A stretch of DNA of 64,000 nucleotides, from the NCBI GenBank assembly GCA_964016885.1, contig OZ024740.1, forward strand, positions 164,796,001 to 164,860,000, in the 5' to 3' direction. Source of the DNA: Eledone cirrhosa (Eukaryota). Both the position numbers and the translations under genes were made by a program. Positions 12,802 through 24,198 of the stretch are shown in pieces. The stretch's first letter is position 1. Every line of letters begins with the position of its first letter. The notes beneath the pieces are model-generated. The model was not told where the DNA came from. It saw only the letters and a list, made by a program, of their open reading frames with translations, and made no database searches.

Positions 12802-13037
12802 ACAGTTGCATTTATCTTGCTTTATGTTCATGCGAGTTATCACCAAGTCACAACCAGTGACCTCAAGAGACAACAAGGTCCGCCATGTTCAAGAAAGAAC
12901 ATACATACACACACATGCATCTTTAGATGTTTAGACTTGTGATGTACATATATTGACAGAATCTTCCTTAGTATATGGGCAGTTCCCATTAGTACTATCT
13001 TTTGTATTTTTACTATACGCAGGTTTCCTGGGATTTG
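12802..13037 (-). mobile_element. 5'-truncated Dong-type 3' end (family B)
   Basis: Encodes IQKIVLMGTAHILRKILSI plus a 3' UTR matching 14106-14335. Confidence 0.9.
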
Positions 13038-13101
13038 TCGATAAAATAAAGTACCAGTTATATACTGGATAATTGCTGGCCTTGTGCCTAACGTAGAAAC
13101 A
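13038..13101 (+). mobile_element. Nin-SINE 3' fragment fused to the preceding Dong fragment
   Basis: TCGATAAAATAAAGTACCAG...GGCCTTGTGCCTAACGTAGAAACA followed by ATT. Confidence 0.88.
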
Positions 13102-13129
13102 ATTATTATTATCATTATTATTATTATTA

Positions 13130-13208
13130 CAGTTGCATTTATCTTGTTTTATGTTCATACGAGTTATCACCAAGTCACAACAAGTGACTTCAAGAGACAA
13201 CACGGTCC
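13130..13208 (-). mobile_element. Extreme 3' tip of Dong family B
   Basis: About 75 bp matching 14106-14180 and 12802-12880. Confidence 0.85.
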
Positions 13209-14070
13209 TGGGCATCGAAGAAGATCAGCTGCTTGCTCTCTTCCGGAGAACTTTCAGCCCGGGGCCTATGGATAATGTCCAAAAATCCCTGGCCTGGCAG
13301 TGCTACCGGGGAGCGCTGCCGGTTCAGGATAAGCTCTACAGGCATGGAAGTGCCATCAGCCGAGCCTGTCCGAGATGCGCGCATAGCGACGAAACCGTTG
13401 TGCACGCACTCGTTCAGTGCCCGAGCATTGCTGACTTGTGGAGCTATGTCGAACAGTTGCTGTCACGTGTGGGACTGATCCGGTTGTCGACTGAGTCCAT
13501 TGTGCAGATGGTCTCGCCGTCTTCCTTTGAGGAGGAAGGGCAGGCGGTTTTCATCTGCCTGGTGGCCATGGCGAAAGAGATTGTGTGGTGGACAAGGTTA
13601 AAAGGATTAAAGACAAACACTTTCCTCTTCGGCGAATCCCTGATTAACTTTTTCAAGTTTCACTTGAAGAGGAAAGTCAGAGTGGAGAGGCAAGTGCTGC
13701 CTTCTAGCAAGTTTCTTGAAAGGTGGGTGAATGTAGCGAGAATGGTCCGAGTGAACGGGACCACTCTGAATATACGTCTGTAGTTTGAGAGATGGAAAAA
13801 TTGAGAGAGGGCGCTTGCCCTGGTAGTCAGGGTGGCTGTGGTCTTTTGTGTGGTTTTCGCCACGAGTAACCCTCGGAGGTTTCCCCCCTATTGGGGAATT
13901 TTTCATTGTTTCAATTTTCATTTTATTGTTTATATATATATATGTTTTATGTCTTTTTTCTTTTCTTATATAAATAATATAAATATTTACACGCACAAAA
14001 CCCACATCGTACCGTCCTGTTCCGTCTGTGATGTTTTTCTTGATGTCAGCCCTTGTGGCCAATAAAGAAA

Positions 14071-14072
<2 letters not shown>
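13206..14072 (+). mobile_element. 5'-truncated Tx1 subfamily-1 copy (ORF2 C-terminus and 3' UTR)
   Basis: Closely matches 6119-6960; intact CPRCAHSDETVVHALVQC; ATT tail at 14073-14105. Confidence 0.92.
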
Positions 14073-14105
<33 letters not shown>

Positions 14106-17100
14106 GCATTTATCTTGTTTTATGTTCATACGAGTTATCACCAAGTCACAACCAGTGACCTCAAGAGACAACAAGGTCCGCCATGTTCAAGAAAGAACAT
14201 ACATATTCACTCATGCATCTTTAGTGTTTAGATTTGTGATGTACTTATATTGACAGAATCTTCCTTAGTATATGGGCAGTTCCCATTAGTACTATCTTTT
14301 GTATTTCTCCTATACGCGGGTTTCCTGGGATTTGCGATATGTAATCATTAGACCCCTTATGTACCATTCCCAGAGCGCCTACAACCACTGGTATTGTTTT
14401 AGTTCTCAATTTCCACATTTTTCCAATTTCTATCTCCAGGTCCTTATACTTGCTCAATTTTTCTAATGTTTTTATAGATACATTCTTGTCTATTGGAACA
14501 AACAGATCAATTAGCAGGCATACCCTCTTTTGAAAGTCCTTCAATATTATATCAGGTCTATTTGCATCTATTTTTCGGTCTGTTTGGATGCTAAAGTTCC
14601 ACAAGATTGAGATGTGATCTTTTTCAAGTATGGGAGGTGGTTGATGCTCCCACCAATTCTTTTGATGGGGCAGGTCAAAATGCTTACACATTATCCACTG
14701 TATGTATTGTGCAGCTCTGTCATGCCTGTTTAGGTATTCGGTTGGAGCTATAGGACTGCACATTGAAATTATATGGTCAATGGTCTCTGGTTGTTTCTTG
14801 CATACACGGCATAATGGGTTGCACCCATTTTTTATTATGTTGGCTTGATAATTTTTTGTTGGCAGACACTGATCTTGTGCTGATATAAAAAGTCCTTCAG
14901 TCTCCGATTTCAGTCCAGAGGATGCCAACCACTGATGGGTTAAAATTTTGTCAACATCAGGATTGTTAGCTCTTTCTGGGTATTTTCCATACAGAGGCTT
15001 TTCTTGCCATTTCTTAGCCAGTTTCTGTAGCAGTTCTTTCTTTGCAGTTACTTTTACCTGCTTTGCTTTTTCTGTGTTTTCCATTTCAGCAGTAAATGGG
15101 ACTTCTGAAATTTGTAGTCCCTTACTGTATCTTTGTGCATCTTTTGTAATGGAATATGATATTTTGATGCTTTCGTGTTTCAAAACGAGTTTGATCATCC
15201 AATCATGTGATTCCCTTAGATATGTAGATAATCCAATTGTTGCAGTTTTCAACGCAATGTCTAACTGGATTAACCCACGTCTCCTTCTTTCCTAGGGAGA
15301 TATATTCTATCTATATCTGCCTTAGGGTGATGTATTCTGTTCATGGTTAAGAATTTTCGAATTTTTGTATCGAGCCTACGGATCTCTGTGCTTGACCAGT
15401 TGATGACATTGTAACTGTAGGTTACTACTGGTATGGCAAGCATGTTTATGGCATCGATCCTATTCCTTGCATTCAATTCTGTTCTTAAGATTGTTCTTAC
15501 TCTGCGGTAACATTCCTTCCTTATCCTTTCCCTCATTGTCGAGTGCTTGATTCCGTCTCCTTCACAAACACCTAGATATTTGTAAGTTTTTTCTTGATCA
15601 AGTTCTCTTATCACGTTCCCCCGATCAGCAGCTTTCCTCTGGTGAACGTTGCTTCGGCGCATTTATCTAGTCCAAACTCCATTTTAATGTCATCACTGAA
15701 CTGCTCCACAGTAGATAATAGCCCTTGCAATTGTTCATCATTTTTTGCAAATAGTTTCAGGTCATCCATGTAGAACAGGTGATTAATGGTTTTGTCATAG
15801 ACTTTATATCCATGTTTTGTTTCATTGAGCATTTTACTTAATGGTATAAGTGCGATGCAGAATAAAAGCGGTGATAAAGAGTCACCCTGAAAAATTCCAC
15901 AATTAATATTAACTTCTCCAGCTTCCAGTGATTTTTTTTCACTATTCAAAAGGAGTGTCGTTTTCCATGTCTTCATACTGAATGACAAAAACCTCCTGAC
16001 AACGGGGGATATTTTGAAAATCTCTAAACATTTTTCAATCCAACTGTGTGGCAAACTATCGAATGCTTTTTTATAATCTATCCAAGCAATCGATAGATTT
16101 TTGTGTCTATTATGACAATCTTCCAGTATCATTTTGTTAACCAGAAGCTGATCCTTACAGCCATATGAGCCTCGTTTACACCCTTTCTGCTCAATGGGAA
16201 ATAGGTCATTTGTTATCAGGTGGTCATATGTGTATTCAGTTAGGACTGATGTTAAAATTTTATACATTGTGGTCAAGCAAGTTATCGGTCTGTAATTTTT
16301 GGGATTGTTTGTCTCATCATTCTTCGGAAGCAGGAATGTAATGCCGTTAACTAGCCATGATGGTATCTTTTCTGGCTCCTTAACTATTTCATTGTAAAGT
16401 TGGGCTAACAGCTCATGAGACTCTGTGAAGGCATTTATCCAAAAGTTTTGTAATTTGTCTTTTCCTGGGGATTTCCATTTGCTGGTTTTTCTTAGAGCCA
16501 AGCGCAACTGTTCAACTGTTATATTTTCCCATATTTGTTCCTCAAGGTGAGCTGTATCTTTCATTTGTCTGTCTATCCATGGGGCATGAATGTTATGAAC
16601 TTTTTCTTCGGCCCAGATCTTTTCCCAGAATTCTTGTACTTCCTCCTTGGGTGGTATTGATTTAGCAGTTATTGTTGACTTACCAATTTTTCTGTAGAAG
16701 TTTCTTTGGTTGTTTTTGAACATATTATTGTCCTTATAGAATCTAGATCGCTTTTCAAAGCGCCTTATACGACCAGCTTTGGCCGACACTTTTTGCTTGA
16801 TTATTTCTATCAGCATGCCTATGTCACATGTTAATTTTATACTGTACTTTTTTTCAATTTTCTAAGTTTAGTTTGTTTAACATGTTCGCCTACTTTATAG
16901 TTTGTTAAAATTTCTATGTCAGATCGGAGAAGGTTTATTTGGCGATTGATGTTCTCTTGCCAAGTAGATTTCTTGTGGGAATTCCTTTGTTTTTTCATCT
17001 TCACTCCACATAAGTGAGTGGTGACTTTAGCCGATGCATAATAGAGATGATTTAAATCAGTAATGTTTAGTTTGTTTGTGATGATAATGTTTTTGAGAAT

Positions 17101-17935
17101 TATGTTAGTCTTGTGTATTATCTTTTGGTTCTGTTTGGAGTTCTGGATCTTAGGGAGGGCGTCTCTTGCCCCATGTCAGATTCTTTCATTTTCATCCATT
17201 CGATCATAATTTCATCCTTCAAGTTGGCAAGTTCATTCTCATTCATTTCTTTATCATTTACGATCTCATTATTTTCATTTGGAGTTTCATCCTGAGAATG
17301 CACTCCCTCCACTTTTTCGATCCTTTCTTTAATTTGTTCTGTTGCCAGTGATTCCGCCAATTCTTACAATATTTCTTCGTATATTGGCTAGTTTGTTACT
17401 GTCAATATAGCCTCTGTTCTAGGGATGTTTCTTTTTCCAGTTGATATATGTCTCTTCTGTATTCGATGTATTTGATGGGTAGTACATGGCAGTGTAGAAA
17501 GCCTCAAGGACTTCTTTATTATCTTCCCTTGACCATTTTTCTCTCTTTTTCTTTGGATTCCTTGGTGGTGAGCATGGAGGGCCAACAGTAGGAATATTCC
17601 GGTTATGGGAGGTCTCCAGCTTCGAAGTGATGGGAAGGTTTGAACCATTAGCTGATTTTTCGACCCCAGTCTGGTTCCTCTCTGAGGGACGCGGCCCTTT
17701 TACCCGGGTGACGGCCGATCCGGTATGAGATTTTATCATTAGACATTTACTTTATTTTGTCGCGTTTTATCCTTACCCGCCAAGGGGTAATCATTTCGTG
17801 TTACCACTTCTAGAACGAGTGTCAACCAAGACTAGAGGGGTCGTTCTCCCCTAGAGACACGGCTATTCCCCGCCGGCCGCCATCCCGGTATTTCTTGGTC
17901 ACGGGGTTTTCTTTTTGTTGTTTTATTTAAATTGT
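14106..17935 (-). mobile_element. R4/Dong-type non-LTR retrotransposon, near full length (family B)
   Basis: Single frameshifted ORF (about 17740 to 14245): KKREKWSREDN; RT motifs NYRPITCL, WIDYKKAFDS, GIFQGDSLSP and HLFYMDDLK; CCHC CRVCKKQPETIDHIISMC; RLE RPDI...LLIDLFVP...EKLSKYKDL; TAA tail. Confidence 0.92.
14245..16816 (-). pseudogene. RT, CCHC and restriction-like endonuclease of Dong family B (three overlapping ORF pieces)
   Basis: ORFs 15611..16816, 15270..15662 and 14245..15252. Confidence 0.9.
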
Positions 17936-17992
17936 TATTATCATGAGTGGTTCCTTAATGTGAGCATTGCGTGGCTTAAGAATGAAATTATT

Positions 17993-18043
17993 AATAATTG
18001 TCTCCACTTCAGGCACAAGGCCAGCAATCACCCAGTGCATTAC
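17993..18043 (-). mobile_element. Nin-SINE 3' fragment
   Basis: Reverse complement reads GTAATGCACTGGGTGATTGCTGGCCTTGTGCCTGAAGTGGAGACAATTATT. Confidence 0.8.
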
Positions 18044-18902
18044 AATAATATAATATACTTTTTGTTGTAGTTGGCTGTTATTGTTGTTGGCTATGTCGGT
18101 GGTGGGGCCGGGGCTTATTATATTGTCGGTGAGGAAGGGGTGAGCCAGCAGTCACATAGTTGTTGATGTTGACGTTTGGCCGGTGGCCAGGTCACTAAGT
18201 CAATCTATTTATATCTTTTGCTAGCCTCTCCCTTGTCTAGTGATACCGCCAACTTCCCCTTTCTCTCTCAAGTTAACAGGGGAATAGTGGTGGTAGCAAT
18301 GAAGGAGTGGTGGCAGCGGCGATGGGATAGTGGTAGCAGTGATGGATTGGGTGGGGTGGTGGCAGCGGTGGCGTTGTGGTTACTGATATGTAGTATCTAT
18401 GAGTTTGTGTTCGTATGTTTAATATATATTTTTATTATATATTGTGTTGACATATTCCCGTAAAATTGGAATTAAACATTTTGTTAAAATTTGAGACAAT
18501 AATAATAGTAATTATTATTATGATGCTGGGATTGATGGTGGTGGTGGTGAAATTGCCGTTATCTGGCTGTTATATTTAGTGTGATGGGATAGGTGGTGTA
18601 TCAAGTTTTTGGTGTTAGTGAAATTGCTGTTATTTGGCTGTTATATATAGTGTAGACAGAGGGTGTTTTCTTCCATTTATAACCATTTTCTTTTTTTGAA
18701 TACAAAATATATAATACAAAATTGAATATTTGTGCGATACAACAATATAATATGGATCCGAAACTTTATGGGACCTCATTCGGTGGTTTATGCAACATTT
18801 GTACTAAGAATTGTTATTTCACAATTGATTTAAATATGTTAAAAATCAAAAACTTACGGGAGCGATTTTATGACTTTCTACCACCTCGTGCGTCTTCTTC
18901 CC

Positions 18903-18958
<56 letters not shown>
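18903..18958. repeat. (ATT)n microsatellite
   Basis: Read directly from the sequence. Confidence 0.95.
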
Positions 18959-19622
18959 GTTCTTTCAGTTTCAGTCATTGATGTTAGTTAACTGGAAAGT
19001 TTGTTGAAATGAATATCAAGCCACTACCTGCAGCCTCAGATATTCAGGGCGTATCGGAGGGTTCTTGCTGTTCCCAGCAAGCATGCCTTTTGAAGCGTTC
19101 CAAAAAGCGTGAAGGGGCCAATTTTCTTTAACCATCCCTGGAAACCTTTTGAGATAGTACCTAGTGGGCCTATGACAATCGGGACCACTTTGACTTCATG
19201 GCAGTTCCAAATCCTATTTACCTCCCACTTTAAGTCCTGGTATCGGTTAATTTTCTCCCTCTCTTTCTCTTGCACTCTCGTGTCGAATGGGCAGGCCACA
19301 TCCACAATCAGGCACGACCTTTTTCCTTGTCCAAAACCACCAGGTCAGGTCTATTGTGTTCCAGTTTCTTGACCGTCTGTATCCTAAAATCCCATAGCAC
19401 CTTCACCTGATCGTTTTCTATCACCGACTCTGGCTTATACTCATACCACTTCTCAGAATGTTTACTTTGCATAGGTGCCAGTGGATAACCCTGTCCATCA
19501 CATCATGTCTCCAGCCTTTATAGTGAGCCTGGGCTAGGTGTTTACACTCGGATACAATGTGAGCCACAGTCTCCTCTCTCTCTCCACAGATCCTGCACAG
19601 TGGGCTAGCCTCCTCTTTGTAA
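18959..19622 (-). mobile_element. 5'-truncated Dong family A copy (CCHC and RLE)
   Basis: CRICGEREETVAHIVSEC, WDFRIQT, DVACPFD..EKINRYQDL, LQKACLLGTARTLR. Confidence 0.9.
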
Positions 19623-19623
19623 A

Positions 19624-19663
<40 letters not shown>

Positions 19664-19672
19664 GTTGTTATT

Positions 19673-20037
19673 CCTTGAATCTCAGTCATTGATGTTGGTT
19701 AACTGGAAAGTCCGTTGGATTGAATATGAAGCCACTACCTGCAGCCTCAGATATTCAGGACGTATCGGAGGGTTCTTGCTGTTCCAAGCAAGCATGCCTT
19801 TTGAAGCGTTCCAAAAAGCGTGAAGGGGCCGATTTTCTTTAACCATCCCTGGAAACTTTTGGAGATAGTCCCCAGTGCGCCTATGACAATCGGGATCACT
19901 TTGACTTCATGGCAGTTCCAAATCCTTTTCACCTCCCACTTTAGGTCCTGGTATCGGTTAATTTTCTCCCTCTCCTTCTCTTGCACTCTCGTGTCGAACG
20001 GGCAGGCCACATCCACAATCAGACACGATCTTTTTTC

Positions 20038-20038
<1 letters not shown>
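19673..20038 (-). mobile_element. 5'-truncated Dong family A copy (RLE)
   Basis: ORF 19747..20016; flanked by (ATT)n at 19623-19672 and 20039-20112. Confidence 0.9.
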
Positions 20039-20105
<67 letters not shown>

Positions 20106-20112
20106 TATTATT

Positions 20113-22297
20113 GGCGACCTCCGGAGGAAATCGTATTATCGTGAGCTTCGCAAAGGTTTGTTGTTTTCAGTTGTTTCAAATTGCCAGTCATGGAAAATGT
20201 TTGTAGTTAAGTGTTTATAAATTCACATATATTGCTTTCTGAAAAGGACACTAAAAAAGATTGGGGCCTTGAGTCCAAAATTGAAACTTTTATAATTATC
20301 AAACAAAAACTTTCTTTGAAAAAAACCTGGCGCCTCACAGCCATACAAATCTGACAGTCTTCCTTACAAACTAACACCTCACACCAACACCACCATTGTA
20401 AATATTACTATGGTTGCGAATACTAAAAATATAAGCAGTGGCAATAATTTAAATTTGTCTCATGCAGACATTCATTTCCCGCCATTGCCAATAACTGCAG
20501 GTCTTAAAGGCGCCACCCCCACCTCCACAGCGACAACAGAAACAAAGAAAAATAAATTATTATCTCGTGACATCGAAATGGATTCACCCAGAATCGACTC
20601 TTCCACGCCAAACACCACTGACGCCACCACCACCACCACCACCACCACCACCACAACTGAAACTAAAAATAACAATAACAAAAATAACAATAACAACAAC
20701 AGCAACAACAACAATGAGAATAACAAAAACAACATCAACAACAGTTCAAAACAAAATGTGTCGTTTGCCAAAGCAGCCAAGCAAAGCGAAACAATCGAGG
20801 TAAGCCAGGATGAATTAAATTAAGCCAAGAGAATGGTAAAAAAAAGATGGGTACAGGGTCACCCCCCATCTAACAAAATGGAGCATCGGCGCCCATGCAC
20901 CATGTCATATCGGACAATAAACACAAAATCACGTCCAGTTGAACGGGCATCCGAGTCCCAGACACAAAAAGCTTTTGGACATGTGTGGGCGAAAGAAAAC
21001 CCACATCAGACGTGGGCAGAAATATGGAACCGTGGACGTGTTCTTTGGAACACCACAGGAAGCCAGAGAGCACTCCATGGCCCCATTAAGAAGTGACGAC
21101 TTCACACACGTCCCAAGCTATTGTGGTCAGAGACTCGTGAAGATCAGGGTGACCCACGTTCCATCCGCCATCAAAATTCCCTGGCAAATGGCTGCCGTCC
21201 TCGCCGGCATAATAATTGAAGCAACAAAAGATTTGAAAAGTAACGAAAATAATTGAAGTAACAAAAGAAAAGCAGGAGAACTGGTCCGGATCTGGGATGG
21301 AGCTCCTGATCCAAGTGGACCAAAAAAACATTGAGGAAATTCCAGAGGTGATAGACCTCAATGACGGCAGCCACCTCACTGCCAATCGTTGAGGGTAGAA
21401 GGGCTAGGTGTGTCGTTTGTGGTGAAGGAACCCACATAAAAGCTTTCTGCCCTCAGGCTAAGAAGTTGAGACCACCTCTCCTACCCACCCCAGTGACTCA
21501 ACCATCAACACCACTAGCAGCAGAAATGGCAGAAACAACTGTAGCAGCAACAACAGAAGCAACTGTAGCAGAAACAACCCCAGCAACAGTAACAAAACCA
21601 ACACCACAACCACCCACCGCGCCAGAATTAGCATCAGAACCTCCATCATCCACCACGCCACAACTAAAACCAACGCCTGTGGAGGATTTTCCACTCCCCG
21701 ACCTATCGCAACTGGAGACAGATTGTGACGAAGAGGAGTGGGAAACTGTATCAAGAAAAAGGAAAAAAAGAAAAAGGACCCAAAAAACAAAAAATCTTCT
21801 TCCTTCCACCTCTAAAAACAAAATGCAGGGGGAAACAAATAAACAAACAAAAAAAGTTAGGACAGCTATTCCACCATCCACACCAGCATCACCAATCCCA
21901 TCACCACAAACAACAACACCATCACCATCATTAACCCTAACACCACCATCACCAACACCACAAAAGTCACCAAAAAGCGAAACAGAAACAAACCCACAAC
22001 ATACGCAAAAAAAAAACAACATTAAATTTGAACAACAACCAATTATTATACTGTTACCAATTATTACACTACATCCAACGCAACACCAGCATCACAGAAA
22101 AAGACTACACAACACCCCAAAAATTCACACCACCTCCACACTTACAAATCACCCGCATCACACAGAAAACGTACACGACACTAAAACAAAAATTCCCCAA
22201 GGACATCGGAGACTTCCGACAAACATTCTCCAGGAGAATTTATAAGGACATCCTTCCGGAGGAGGCCACAAGCAGTGAGAAGGATGGAAAAACCATC
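20113..22297 (+). mobile_element. Tx1 subfamily-2 copy 3: 5' UTR and ORF1 only, 3'-truncated
   Basis: Colinear with 6994-9090; knuckle CVVCGEGTHIKAFC; similarity ends abruptly near 22297. Confidence 0.88.
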
Positions 22298-23310
22298 TTT
22301 GCGTGTAATTGTTTTCACCGCTCCAAATTATGACGCATTATCTTTGTCTTTATCCGTTCTTTGCCAGGGAACGTTTCCACGAACCAAAGTATCGTCTTCC
22401 TGTCTTCCTTCGGTTGCAACGTTTCTTGAAATATTCTGCGTTCACAGATTGATTTTTTTTAGTTTCAGAAGATCCCGTTAAGGATGAAAGCAGCGATTCT
22501 TTGCTTAAACTTTAATCTGTTATTTTAATATATATATATATAGATAGAAGTGGTAACACAACAGATAGTTCACCATACCGAGAAGTTGTTTCACCTTAGC
22601 GGATCCTCAGTCCCATGGACTGAGTGCTCCACGACTACGGATATTACCTTCCAGTGTTCTACCTCATATATATATTTACATATATATATATGAGAACAGT
22701 AACGTGAAATAAAGGATACAACCCGCCACTGGGAATTAATTACACTAAATGACCAGAAATAGTGATCAATCAGTCTAGTTAAAACGTCTATCAGTTTCTT
22801 AATAATAACGGTTTCTTATTCTGAGAAACAATTACCTCTGCAAGACTACTCTATATATTATCTTCCTGTTATATTGTGATAAATCATAGCGGTGGATCAC
22901 AACAGCAATGTTCCAAGAGTGATTTACTTCAAATTTCTCTCCAGCCGTCAAATAATATTGTCAAGCTAATAAACCTGAAAAGATGGGCTGTTCTTGTGAT
23001 CGGTTTTCCATTTCATCCACCTTATCTAAAAGACGCACAAATACATGTTAAGTAACCCTTCTGCTTCCAAACGCAGCCAGCTTAATTCAACCCGTGGACG
23101 AGCAGTTTATTGCTACATTCACTCTATTTTTAATGGCACACTTTTAAAGAATTTATTAACTTCTTAGATAGTGAAACAGAGCACACTCTAAACGAAAAGT
23201 GTTTGCTGTTACATACTATACATTCTATTGAAAATTTGAAGCAGAGATGTTGAGAGTTTTGCTAAATTTTTTGTTGATGTAACATATAATAGCATCATCA
23301 GTCAAATTTA

Positions 23311-23882
23311 ATATTTGCTAGCATGGGTATGCATCGGTATATATATGTTGGTAGATATACTAATTCTTTATAATTATCTCCAAATTATTTTGTTGAGCAA
23401 AAATTTGCCAAAACTGTACTATAGTTCATAGTAATAGTTCGGCTACTGTCTTCTTAACACTGATTAACCTCGGTGTCACGTGATTGATTCTTTTGAATTT
23501 GCCACCGACCAAGTAGGCAGTGACTTTTACAATGTCTTGGAATTTAGTCCACGCTTGCTTTTTTCCATCCACTGAATTATTTTTGTATAAGTTCCCTGTG
23601 TCCACGCATCGCCTGGGAACTTAGCTGAGAATTGACTTCCTGATGACGAAAGGCATTCTCCATGTGTTCCATTCGGAAACCATGTTTATTCCCTTTCAGA
23701 AACTAATTAGTTGGAGTGAAATTTTAGTAAGTAAGTTAATTTTTACAATTTTCTTATTTTACGTCTTTCATATAATTGTTCTGCATCCCCTTGCATTGAA
23801 CCACAAAGTTACTAAGACAAAACCTATATATTTGCTAGCATGGGTATGCATCTGTATATATATGTTGGTAGATATACTAATT

Positions 23883-23890
<8 letters not shown>
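23311..23890 (+). mobile_element. About 520-bp hammerhead-containing unit with about 60-bp terminal direct repeat (Penelope pLTR/retrozyme-like)
   Basis: 23311-23372 is repeated at 23829-23890; runs into (TA)n at 23887-23943. Confidence 0.6.
23635..23717 (+). ncRNA. Minimal type-I hammerhead ribozyme motif
   Basis: Stem I ACTTC/GGAGT; CTGATGA; stem II (C)GAAAGG/CCTTTC(A); GAAA; palindromic stem III CTAATTAG; GTT cleavage triplet. The closing pair of stem II is mismatched. Confidence 0.7.
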
Positions 23891-23939
<49 letters not shown>

Positions 23940-23945
<6 letters not shown>

Positions 23946-24102
23946 CAAAGAGACATTTAATTTGCTGATAATTCAACAAATTTATTCATAACAGATTCGA
24001 AGCACTCGACAGCTTTCCTGGAGTATAATATCAATGATATTAATGAATGGAAACTATATTTATAAAACCATATTTTTTAAATATATTTCAAGGGTACCAA
24101 AA
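23940..24102 (-). mobile_element. Penelope-type terminal fragment, same family as 59280-59457
   Basis: Reverse complement of about 59285-59457; truncated inside hammerhead stem II. Confidence 0.7.
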
Positions 24103-24145
24103 CGGAGCCTGAACCTGAACCGATGAGGATTGAACCCGGGATAAA

Positions 24146-24194
<49 letters not shown>

Positions 24195-24198
<4 letters not shown>

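Noticed and set aside
1296-20112. CRISPR-like or telomeric repeat-spacer array
   Set aside because: The repeats are variable-length (ATT)n and the spacers are retroelements; there are no cas genes and no TTAGGG arrays.
22570-22620. CTGAGGA...GAAA on the minus strand as a hammerhead
   Set aside because: Stems I and III do not pair; at most a badly decayed relic.
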